A stretch of DNA of 62,659 bases, filler included. It is 7 parts of 7 records of this genome, joined end to end, with 100 filler letters (N's around TTAATTAATTAA, not from the genome) between each part and the next. Parts side by side here need not be neighbours in the genome. Positions count along the whole stretch, not along the records: positions 15,650 to 28,601 come from SRR31156797_21741; positions 28,702 to 39,189 come from SRR31156797_21746; 5 more parts are not named here. One strand, written 5' to 3'. A program made the translations under genes and the position numbers. Within the stretch, counting starts at the first letter, position 1. Every line of letters begins with the position of its first letter. This document shows positions 19,918 to 28,703 of this stretch, one piece after another. Under the pieces are notes generated by a model. It was given only the letters and a program-made list of their open reading frames with translations. It made no database searches and was not told the DNA's origin.

Positions 19918-21097
19918 AAAAATACCACTACTTACACTTTTAGCAACAAGTTTATTTTTTGCAGGGTGTACAAAAACCTTAGAACAAGAAGATCCAAAAC
20001 TCTTCTCCAAACTAGAAGCGAAGCTTGGAAAACAGCTTTTCTTTGATCCGATCCTCTCAAGCAACCAAACTCAGAGTTGTAGTAGCTGTCATAATCCTGA
20101 ACACGGCTTTATCGATAATAGAGACAATGGAGTACAAGGTGCAGGGAGTATGGGAGCTGATGGGAAAAGCATTGGAGATAGAAATGCTCCAACTGCAAGC
20201 TATGCAGTCTTTAGTCCAGATTTTCACTTTGACAATAAAAAGAAACAGTTCATCGGTGGACAATTTTGGGACGGAAGAGCAGCCCATATAAAAGAGCAAG
20301 CTGGAGGACCTCCACTTAATCCCGTTGAGATGGGGATGGTCTCTAGCAAAGATATTATGGATAGAGTTGAAAAAAGGCAAGACTACAATAAACAGTTTAC
20401 AAAACTTTATGGGGAAGAGATCTTTAAAGATGAAGAGAAATTCTACGATAAACTCACAGGTGCCATAGCCTCTTTTGAATCAACCAAAGAGTTTGCCCCT
20501 TTTGATAGTAAATATGATAGATTTTTACAAGGAGAATATGACCTTACTCCATTAGAAGATCTAGGACGAAGTCTATTCTTTTCAAACAATAATACGAGCT
20601 GTGCCTCATGCCATATGTTAAAAAAAGAGGATAGTCCAAGAGATACATTTACAAACTATCAGTACCACAATATTGGAACTCCACAAAACTCTTTGCTTAT
20701 GGAGAAAAATGTAGTTGATAAAGATACTTTTATTGATCATGGACTTATGAATAATCCACAAGTAAAAGATCGAGATGATGCAGAGAAATATGCAGGGAAG
20801 ATGAAAGTACCAAGCTTAAGAAACGTAGCAGTTACTGGTCCATATATGCATAATGGAGTTTTTCAAAACTTAAGCACAGTAGTAGCTTTTTATGATAAAT
20901 ATACCAACAAAGAGGCACTTATAAATCCAGAAACTAAAAAACCATGGAGAGAACCTGAGGTAAAAGTAGCAAAAGATGATCTAGAACTTTTACAACAAGG
21001 AAGAGCTTTAAATGAGAGAAAGATACAAGCTCTTGTAGCATTTATGAATCTTCTCACTGATAAAAAATATGAACATTTAATACCAAAGGATAATTAA
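19907..21097 (+). CDS. MauG-like di-heme cytochrome c enzyme (CcP/MauG superfamily), lipoprotein
   Basis: Lipobox FAGC; CSSCH and CASCH; GGQFWDGRA, LNPVEM, TGPYMHNGVF, FYDKY and INPET..PW.EPEV. Confidence 0.88.
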   Translation: MQNKKIPLLTLLATSLFFAGCTKTLEQEDPKLFSKLEAKLGKQLFFDPILSSNQTQSCSSCHNPEHGFIDNRDNGVQGAGSMGADGKSIGDRNAPTASYAVFSPDFHFDNKKKQFIGGQFWDGRAAHIKEQAGGPPLNPVEMGMVSSKDIMDRVEKRQDYNKQFTKLYGEEIFKDEEKFYDKLTGAIASFESTKEFAPFDSKYDRFLQGEYDLTPLEDLGRSLFFSNNNTSCASCHMLKKEDSPRDTFTNYQYHNIGTPQNSLLMEKNVVDKDTFIDHGLMNNPQVKDRDDAEKYAGKMKVPSLRNVAVTGPYMHNGVFQNLSTVVAFYDKYTNKEALINPETKKPWREPEVKVAKDDLELLQQGRALNERKIQALVAFMNLLTDKKYEHLIPKDN

Positions 21098-21098
21098 G

Positions 21099-22103
21099 AT
21101 GCTAAAAATACTATTAACACTTTCAATACTTCTCTCAACGATCTATGCAAATGAAGTAAACGTATACTCCCATAGACACTACGAAGTAGATAAACAACTT
21201 TATAAAGAGTTTGAAAAACAAACAGGAATAAAGGTCAATATCATCAAAGCAAGTTCTGCTGAACTAATCCAAAGGATCGTCAAAGAAGGGAAATATACTA
21301 AAGCAGATCTTCTTTTAACGACCGATGTAGGGATGCTTGAACTTGCAAAAAGCAAAGGGATATTTGCACCTATCAAATCAAAGTTTTTAGATAAAACCAT
21401 ACCAAAGTATCTAAGAGATAAAGATAACCTTTGGTTTGCTCTTACAAAAAGAGCACGGGTGATCGCTTATAATATAGATGAAATAGAAAAAAGTGAGCTT
21501 AGCACCTATGAAGCTCTTACGGATAAAAAGTGGAAAGATAGAATCGTAGTGACAAAAAGTAATGAGGTATATAATCAATCTCTTTTAGCTTCTCTTATTG
21601 TAAATAATGGTCATGAATCAGCAAAAGAATGGGCAAAAGGGATCAAAGCAAATATGGCAAGAAGACCAACAGGAGCTGATAAAGACTCTTTAAGAGCCAT
21701 CGCAGCAGGTCTTGGAGACATAGCGATCGTCAATACCTACTATATCGGCCAAATGTTAAAAGGAACAAGCTTTAGTGATAAAGCAACAGCTGAATATATC
21801 GGTGTATTTTTCCCAAATCAAAAGGACAGAGGAACGCATATCAATGTCTCAGGAGCAGGTGTAACAAAATATGCAAAACATAAACAAAATGCTATAAAAC
21901 TGATAGAGTTTTTAGCAAGCAAAAAAGCACAAGAGCTTTTTGCAAGTATTAACTTTGAATACCCAGTAAACAAAGAAGCAAAAGTATCAGATCTGCTTAT
22001 CTCTTGGGGTGAATTTAAAGAAGATACAACGGCTCTTGATAAAGTGGGAAGTAAAAATGTAGAAGCGGTAAAAATCTTTCACGAAATTGGTTGGGATAGA
22101 TAA
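21099..22103 (+). CDS. fbpA: Fe(III) ABC transporter substrate-binding protein (FbpA/FutA type)
   Basis: VNVYSHRHY, YNQSL, VNTYY tandem Tyr ligands, GTHINVSG, NFEYP. Confidence 0.9.
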   Translation: MLKILLTLSILLSTIYANEVNVYSHRHYEVDKQLYKEFEKQTGIKVNIIKASSAELIQRIVKEGKYTKADLLLTTDVGMLELAKSKGIFAPIKSKFLDKTIPKYLRDKDNLWFALTKRARVIAYNIDEIEKSELSTYEALTDKKWKDRIVVTKSNEVYNQSLLASLIVNNGHESAKEWAKGIKANMARRPTGADKDSLRAIAAGLGDIAIVNTYYIGQMLKGTSFSDKATAEYIGVFFPNQKDRGTHINVSGAGVTKYAKHKQNAIKLIEFLASKKAQELFASINFEYPVNKEAKVSDLLISWGEFKEDTTALDKVGSKNVEAVKIFHEIGWDR

Positions 22104-22105
22104 CA

Positions 22106-23686
22106 TTGAAACTCTTTAACCGATATGTGAGTATCAGTACCCTTATCACTTTATTGATACTCCTTCCTATTGTTTCGTTGCTATTTTTCTCTTTTGGACA
22201 TGGAACAGGAACTTTAGAGCATCTTGCCAATACAGTTTTAAGTGAGTATATTTTAAATACACTCAAACTAATTGTATTTGTCTCTATTTTTGCACTAATC
22301 TTTGGAGTACTAAGTGCTTATTTTACAAGCTTTTATGAGTTTCGTTTTGCAAAAACATTTAGTATCCTTTTAGCTTTGCCTTTTGTGATCCCAACTTATA
22401 TCTTAGGATATATCTATGGAGACCTTTTAGGTTTTTTTGGACCAGTTCATATCTTTTTAAAAGAGCTTGGAGTGATTGATCGAGGATTTTTTAACATCCT
22501 TCAATTTAACTCTGTATCGGTAATACTAGCTCTTGGGCTTTATCCATATATATACCTTATCGTAAAAGCCTCTTTTTTAAAAAGCAGCTCAGCTCTTCAT
22601 AATGTGGCTCTTAGTCTTGGAAAAAATAGATGGGAACTTTTTTATAAAGTGATCTTACCTCTATCTCGTCCAGCGATCATTGGAAGTCTAGCACTAGTGA
22701 TTATGGAAGTGGTCAATGAATATGGAGCAGTTGCATACTATGGTGTAGATACTTTAAGTACAGCTATCTATTCTAGTTGGTTTTCGATGAATGATCCTGC
22801 CAGTTCTGCCGTTTTAAGTATTATTGCTATGTCGATCATATTTATCTTGCTTTTTATTGAAAAGTATTCAAGAAAAAACACTAGCTATAAAATAGAAACC
22901 ATCTCAAAAGAGATCAAAAAAACACCACTTAAAACTTGGCAAAAGTTTTTTGTCTATAGTTTTTTATCTATTCCTATTTTATTTGGATTTATTATCCCAT
23001 TTATTTGGATCATGATCTATACCCTTAAACATGCTCCAAGTGTTTTAGATGATGAGTTTATCGGTGCAGTTTTCAATAGTTTTATAAGTGCCTCACTTTC
23101 AGCTTTTATCATTGTGATATTTGCTGTGATCATCAGCTATACTTTACGAATCTCAAAAAAAGGGAGTATCAAATATCTTCCAAAAGTAGCTGGTATTGGG
23201 TATGCGATTCCTGGAGTGGTGATCGGTGTGGGGATGATCACTTTACTTGGAGATATAGATAACTATTTGATACAACAGTTTGGACTAGGTGAGCTTCTTT
23301 TAAGCGGAACACTCTTTGCTCTTAGTTTTGGATATGTGGTACGATTTTTAGCAGTTGGTCTTAATATGATAGAATCAAGCTATGAAAAGATCAGTATCAA
23401 TATCAATAAAGCTTCAAGGAACTTGGGGAAAAACTACTTTCAAACTCTTCTGTTTGTAGAACTTCCACTTTTAAAAAAGACTCTTTTATTTGGATTTTTA
23501 CTTGTGTTTGTAGATATTATCAAAGAGCTTCCTCTTACACTAGTACTTCGTCCATTTAACTACGAAACACTCTCAACAAAAACCTATGAATATGCAACCA
23601 ATATGATGATACAGCAAAGTGCCGTGTATGCTTTTGTGATCATTATACTTTGTTTTATTCCAGTTCTTATTAGTAATAAAAGGTAA
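22106..23686 (+). CDS. fbpB: Fe(III) ABC transporter permease
   Basis: Two permease repeats; LYPYIY, LPLSRPAI, GYAIPG and KELP..L.LRPFN motifs. Confidence 0.9.
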   Translation: MKLFNRYVSISTLITLLILLPIVSLLFFSFGHGTGTLEHLANTVLSEYILNTLKLIVFVSIFALIFGVLSAYFTSFYEFRFAKTFSILLALPFVIPTYILGYIYGDLLGFFGPVHIFLKELGVIDRGFFNILQFNSVSVILALGLYPYIYLIVKASFLKSSSALHNVALSLGKNRWELFYKVILPLSRPAIIGSLALVIMEVVNEYGAVAYYGVDTLSTAIYSSWFSMNDPASSAVLSIIAMSIIFILLFIEKYSRKNTSYKIETISKEIKKTPLKTWQKFFVYSFLSIPILFGFIIPFIWIMIYTLKHAPSVLDDEFIGAVFNSFISASLSAFIIVIFAVIISYTLRISKKGSIKYLPKVAGIGYAIPGVVIGVGMITLLGDIDNYLIQQFGLGELLLSGTLFALSFGYVVRFLAVGLNMIESSYEKISININKASRNLGKNYFQTLLFVELPLLKKTLLFGFLLVFVDIIKELPLTLVLRPFNYETLSTKTYEYATNMMIQQSAVYAFVIIILCFIPVLISNKR

Positions 23687-23689
23687 AAA

Positions 23690-24433
23690 ATGCTTAGTTT
23701 AAAAAATATAAAAAAATCTTTCGAAGAAAAACAGATATTACAAGGGATCAACCTTGAAGTGAGTAAGGGGGAGATCATCTCTATCTTAGGACAAAGTGGA
23801 AGCGGAAAAAGTACTATTTTAAACCTTATTGCAGGCTTTGAAGAACCTGACAATGGACAAGTTACTTATAAAAATAAACTCCTTTGTAGTCAAAATATTT
23901 TTATAGAACCGCAACATAGAGATATAGGATTTGTATTTCAAAACTACGCCCTCTTCCCACATTTAAGTGTAAAAGAGAATATCCTTTTTGGGATCGATAA
24001 AGAATCGAAACCTACAAAGGCACGAATTCTACACGAGATGATAGAGTTACTTGATTTAGACGGAAAAGAGGATCAATACCCTCATCAATTAAGTGGTGGA
24101 CAACAACAGCGCGTTGCAATTGCAAGATCAATTGCAAAAGGGAGTGATCTGATCTTATTTGATGAAGTATTTTCAAGTATTGATTCAATTTTAAAACTAA
24201 AGATTCTTACTCAATTAAAAAGAATTTTAAAAGAGAGAAATATCACTGCAATCTTTGTAACCCACTCTCCTAGAGAAGCAGTGATGCTAAGTGATAAAAT
24301 TGCCTATATAGAAGATGGACAGATTTTGCAATACGACACTCCAAAAAATCTCAATCAAAATCCAGCTTCACAGTCAGTATCAAATCTTTTTGGGGATAAT
24401 AGTTTTATTTTTTCTAAGGTTCAGTTTCATTAG
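23690..24433 (+). CDS. fbpC: Fe(III) ABC transporter ATP-binding protein
   Basis: GQSGSGKS, FQNYALFPH, LSGGQQQR, ILFDE and VTH motifs. Confidence 0.9.
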   Translation: MLSLKNIKKSFEEKQILQGINLEVSKGEIISILGQSGSGKSTILNLIAGFEEPDNGQVTYKNKLLCSQNIFIEPQHRDIGFVFQNYALFPHLSVKENILFGIDKESKPTKARILHEMIELLDLDGKEDQYPHQLSGGQQQRVAIARSIAKGSDLILFDEVFSSIDSILKLKILTQLKRILKERNITAIFVTHSPREAVMLSDKIAYIEDGQILQYDTPKNLNQNPASQSVSNLFGDNSFIFSKVQFH

Positions 24434-24436
24434 AGA

Positions 24437-25150
24437 CTAACCTACCAATGGATTTTGTTTATTATTTCTAGTAAAAGCTTCTAAAGTAGAATTTTGTTCA
24501 TCTTTTCTTTTTGTATATTCAGTCATTATTTCACTAAAAGATTGAGTTACAGCAGTAAAATTTACACTTTTATAAAAACCAGGATAGTTCTCTTCAACTC
24601 TTTTATGAAATTCTGGATAACCATTCATATAATGGAACAAATCCTCTGATTTAAAACTATAATCTAAAGTACGCCTTCCACCTCCACTTAAACTATAAGA
24701 CCAATTCTTAGGATCTTTTTTAAAAGCTTCAGCAACCTCTGGATTCATTAGACTATTTTCATAATTAATAGGCTTATCAATTTGAGCATGCATATCTGCT
24801 ATAGGGAGAAGTACAGTTTTAATAAAATCACCAAAGTCTTCACCTCTATTATATGTATCGTTAAGTTTGTCAAATAGTACTTCATTTAAAATATCATCAT
24901 CTGAATATGAAGTCATACCATGTAAAGCACCTATTTTAACTTCAGTCTCTCTAGGTAAATTGCTATCTCTTATCCAATCTCTTAAATCATCTCCATTAAT
25001 AGCTTTATAATCTTCAAAAGTAAAACTATCAATATCAAAGGGTTGAGTCATATCAAACTTTTTTTCTGAAAATTCTTCAACCTCTTGTGTTTGAGATCCC
25101 TTTTGTACAGTGTCTACATAAGTTGTATTTGCTGTTGATTCTACTTGCAT
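24437..25150 (-). CDS. Hypothetical acidic protein, MQxxS family paralog 1
   Basis: 237-aa ORF, AAAGGA RBS; visible similarity to 25161-25937. Confidence 0.8.
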   Translation of the reverse strand: MQVESTANTTYVDTVQKGSQTQEVEEFSEKKFDMTQPFDIDSFTFEDYKAINGDDLRDWIRDSNLPRETEVKIGALHGMTSYSDDDILNEVLFDKLNDTYNRGEDFGDFIKTVLLPIADMHAQIDKPINYENSLMNPEVAEAFKKDPKNWSYSLSGGGRRTLDYSFKSEDLFHYMNGYPEFHKRVEENYPGFYKSVNFTAVTQSFSEIMTEYTKRKDEQNSTLEAFTRNNKQNPLVG

Positions 25151-25160
25151 TTAATATCCT

Positions 25161-25937
25161 TTAAACTTGAATATTTACTTGATTAGTTTCCTCTTTTTTT
25201 GCTAAAAGAGAATTATAATTATCATTCATTCTGCTATATCTCTCATAAGCTTCTTTATAGTCATCAAATACAGCTGTTCCTCTTGCTTGTTCCATTTTTT
25301 GTTTTGATATTTCTAGCATAGTAGATAAAAAGTCTCCTGCTTCTTCTGAACTTAATAAAGTATCATTATAACTACTTCCTTGAACACCACTTTCATATCT
25401 TGCTTTATCTGCGGCATTCATAAAGATTCCTTGAGCCCTAGGATTATCTACACCTGCCTGAATTGCAGCATAATATTCAGGACTTACCTCTAATACATTA
25501 CTTAAAGTAGGACTACCTAAAGAGTAATCCATTGTTTCTTTTGCCATTTGAATAGAAAACTCATGACGAGATTGCATAGATACTTTTGATTTTGCTTCCA
25601 TAAATACTGCTTCATTGGCTACATCATCTTCACTAAAGTTATTAGATACACCAATCATAAACTTGATTTGACTTTTTTCCTCTTCAGATCGCTCTGAAAA
25701 ATATTCATCAACTTCTTCATAAGTCATCCCTTTAGTATTTGCATACGTTAATACTTCATGATATCTTTCTGGCTGTTGCTCTTCTACACTTTTTACAGAA
25801 GATGAAGTATCCACTTTCTCTGTTGTACTCTCTTTTGTAAGTTCCTCTTCAAACTTTCCAGTTGAAGTCTCTTTTTGTTTAGTTTGTAAAGCACTTAGGT
25901 ATTGATCTGAGATATTTGATGTTGAGTTGATTTGCAT
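25161..25937 (-). CDS. Hypothetical acidic protein, MQxxS family paralog 2
   Basis: 258-aa ORF, AAAGGA RBS, S/T-rich N-terminus without a hydrophobic signal peptide. Confidence 0.8.
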   Translation of the reverse strand: MQINSTSNISDQYLSALQTKQKETSTGKFEEELTKESTTEKVDTSSSVKSVEEQQPERYHEVLTYANTKGMTYEEVDEYFSERSEEEKSQIKFMIGVSNNFSEDDVANEAVFMEAKSKVSMQSRHEFSIQMAKETMDYSLGSPTLSNVLEVSPEYYAAIQAGVDNPRAQGIFMNAADKARYESGVQGSSYNDTLLSSEEAGDFLSTMLEISKQKMEQARGTAVFDDYKEAYERYSRMNDNYNSLLAKKEETNQVNIQV

Positions 25938-25963
25938 TTTTTGTCCTTTTCATTTCCACTAAG

Positions 25964-25998
25964 AAAATTCTAACAAAAAGATGTCACGATAGCGTCAC
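25964..25998 (-). promoter_or_regulatory. Promoter with GTGAC(G/A) direct repeat, copy 1
   Basis: Minus strand GTGACG-N5-GTGACA-TCTTTT-TGtTAGAAT (extended -10); 30/35 nt identical to 27337-27371. Confidence 0.75.
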
Positions 25999-26066
25999 AA
26001 AAACTTTTATATATAGTTTTTTAATATCTATTCAATAAAATACATATGTGTTATTTAATAGATAGC

Positions 26067-27310
26067 TTAGCTTTCTAAATCATCCTTTTGCTCTTTTATA
26101 TTTTTATCAAAGTTATCAATGAGTACCTGAATGAAACCTCTTTGTTTCTCTAAATATTCATGATCTAGGTCTTCATCTTTATTACTATTTAAATCTTGAA
26201 TTCTATGTTCAAAATATGCTTTTATATTATCAACAATAAAGTTTTGATAAGTTTGATCCATATCTTGTGTCAAATTAATATTTCCATCAAAAGTAAAGTC
26301 TTCATACTCTTCTTTTAAAGGATCTGCTTTTTCTTGAAGAGTAGCAAAGTTATTTAAATAGTCTTGAAAAGAAAGTCCTGGTATCCTATCAAAATTTAAA
26401 GAAGTGTTTATTACCCCATTTCCAAAAACATTAGATTTTAATGCCTGTACATCTTCTGTACTAAGGGAATCAAGAGTTTCTAAAACTGCTTGCTTTAAAG
26501 GCTCATTATCAATTTGATGAAATCCATGCTCTTTTTTATCTCCATAAGGAAGACCAGATATCCTAATTGCTCTTTGATTCCCATAATCTAATAAGCCCAA
26601 TGAAGCATAAGCTTCTGCTCTATATAAAGCTTCTTCTTCACTTAATCCTTTATCGATCCATTTATTTACAAATGCCTCAAACTCTGGTGCATTCTCGTAT
26701 CTATTTTGAGATGTTTCTATAGAGAATTGATAGTTCCACACTCTTCCCCTCTGTGCACTTTCATTTAGTTCTATATCATGTGTTTCAGCTAACCCAATAT
26801 GCAGTTCTGCTTCATCGAGTGATAATCGAACTAATTTCCCATCATAAATAATATCTCTTGGATCAACATTTTTAATTTGCTCTAAATATTGAGCATATTT
26901 TTCAGGTGGTTCATAATCTGGATTATCTTTATTTGCCCAGTACTCTAACTTTGCTTCCATAAAATCCTCATACTCATTTTGATAAAACTGTTGTATTTTA
27001 TCACTTCTTTGGATTGCTTCTTCGTTAGTCATTGTTGAAGGTTTTTCAAAACCTTTTTCAGCATAAGAGGGTTCTGTTTTTGCAGTTTTAATGATCTTAC
27101 TTAATATTATTTGCTTGTCCACTCTTTATTTGCTTTCTCTTCATGATACTTACTAGAAAAATTATCTCTACCAACATTGCTTTGTGTAGGTTTTTTTGAA
27201 GATTGCTCTGTAATCGCTTCTTCAAAACATTTTGAAGGGCTTTCATGACGTTTCTTTTGAAGGCCATTTATATATTGTTGTGTAAGTCCTGAAGCTGAAT
27301 CAATTTGCAT
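26067..27310 (-). pseudogene. MQxxS family paralog 3, split into two overlapping frames (27107-27310 and 26067-27122)
   Basis: ATG 27310 with AAAGGA RBS gives MQIDS..., which stops at 27107; a 351-aa ORF overlaps in another frame from GTG 27122 with no clear RBS. Confidence 0.55.
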
Positions 27311-27336
27311 TGTATATCCTTTGAAGTAACTTTCAT

Positions 27337-27371
27337 AAAATTCTAGCAAAAAGTTGTCACAGTGGCGTCAC
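27337..27371 (-). promoter_or_regulatory. Promoter with GTGAC(G/A) direct repeat, copy 2
   Basis: Minus strand GTGACG-N5-GTGACA-ACTTTT-TGcTAGAAT upstream of ATG 27310. Confidence 0.75.
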
Positions 27372-27491
27372 GAGGATTCACCTTACTTTCATATTTCTTT
27401 AGAATATGACATAGTATGTGATATGTTAACTTTTTTAGGTAATACCACTTTTATTTTGCTTAGATAAAATTTCACTAAAAAAGGTTTCTAT

Positions 27492-28043
27492 ATGTTAGAA
27501 GTACTACTGTTATCTTTTGCTCTTGCTATGGATGCTTTTGCAGTATCTATTGGACTTGGAGTAAAAACACAAACTTTTAATACAAGGTTTGCAATTAAAG
27601 TTGCTCTATATTTTGGTCTTTTCCAAGCTTTAATGCCTTTATTTGGATATCTTGCAAGTGTAGGAGTGGGAAGTGTTATAGAGTCTATCGATCATTGGGT
27701 GGCTTTTATTTTACTTAGTTTAATTGGTGGGAAAATGCTTTATGAGAGTTTCCAAGAACCCACGGAAGAAGAGTTTACAAAAATTACAAATAAAGTTCTT
27801 TTACTTTTAGCTATTGCTACAAGTATAGATGCAATGGCTGCAGGATTTACACTTCCACTCATGACTTTAGATCCATTTATTTCAATGCTGCTAATTGGAG
27901 TGATCACTTTTGTTTTAAGTTTCTTAGGAGTATTTATTGGAACAAAAGGTGGAACATTTTTAGAAGATAAAGCTGAAAAGCTAGGAGGAGTTGTCCTTAT
28001 AGCTATTGGAGTAAAAATATTAGTTGAACATACTCTTTTTTAA
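27492..28043 (+). CDS. mntP: Manganese efflux pump MntP
   Basis: Two repeats LAMDAFAVS and ATSIDAMAAG; FGLFQALMP; DHWVAF. Confidence 0.93.
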   Translation: MLEVLLLSFALAMDAFAVSIGLGVKTQTFNTRFAIKVALYFGLFQALMPLFGYLASVGVGSVIESIDHWVAFILLSLIGGKMLYESFQEPTEEEFTKITNKVLLLLAIATSIDAMAAGFTLPLMTLDPFISMLLIGVITFVLSFLGVFIGTKGGTFLEDKAEKLGGVVLIAIGVKILVEHTLF

Positions 28044-28047
28044 TATA

Positions 28048-28072
28048 TGAAGAGTCTTATTTAGACTCTTCA
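28048..28072. terminator. Hairpin between convergent genes
   Basis: TGAAGAGTCT-TATTT-AGACTCTTCA perfect 10-bp stem. Confidence 0.6.
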
Positions 28073-28212
28073 CAATATTTCCAGTTGAGCTCTTTCTCAA
28101 CTTGTTTTGATGTTTTCATTTGAGGTTTTTCTATATTTTTATTTGAAGCTGTACATCCTGCTATAAAAAATCCGATCAAACTTATCATCAATAGTTTTAA
28201 AAACATTTTCAT
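28057..28212 (-). CDS. Small lipoprotein (51 aa; not in ORF track)
   Basis: MKMFLKLLMISLIGFFIAGCTASNK...WKYCEESK; lipobox IAGC; AAAGGA RBS. Confidence 0.75.
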   Translation of the reverse strand: MKMFLKLLMISLIGFFIAGCTASNKNIEKPQMKTSKQVEKELNWKYCEESK

Positions 28213-28261
28213 GATCTATCCTTTTTTATGAAACAAAAGGTGTAAGACCTTTTGCTTTTGA

Positions 28262-28601
28262 TTAATCAAACTCTGGTTTTGGAGTTTTATCTGTGATAAC
28301 TGGGAGAATAGGATATTTGATCTCAGGTTTTTTACCAGTTAAAGATTTTAAGAAAGTCTCAATAGAAGTAAGCTCTTTATCACTCATAGTAATACCAAGT
28401 TGAGTTGAACCCATCTCTTTAATTGCATCTTTTAATGCCCAAATATTACCATTATGGAAATATGGTGCAGTCTCTTCTATATTTCTAAGAGTTGGTGTTT
28501 TTACCATACCATTTTTATCTCCTGTAAAATCCCCTTTTGCATAAGAGTATTTTGCATGAATTTGGAATGGCTGCATAGTTCCACCTAGTCCAATATCACT
28601 A
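28262..28601 (-). CDS. Bacterial di-heme cytochrome c peroxidase, C-terminal fragment
   Basis: KTPTLRNIEETAPYFHNG, EMGSTQLG and FLKSLTG motifs; 5' end lost at contig edge. Confidence 0.85.
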
Positions 28602-28701
28602 NNNNNNNNNNNNNNNNNNNNNNNNNNNNNNNNNNNNNNNNNNNNTTAATTAATTAANNNNNNNNNNNNNNNNNNNNNNNNNNNNNNNNNNNNNNNNNNN
28701 N
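28602..28701. other. Artificial contig spacer
   Basis: N44-TTAATTAATTAA-N44. Confidence 0.99.
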
Positions 28702-28703
28702 TG

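Noticed and set aside
27372-27491. Possible yybP-ykoY Mn riboswitch upstream of mntP
   Set aside because: The region is short and AT-rich, without the GGGGAGUA/CAAUAC-type cores or supporting helices.
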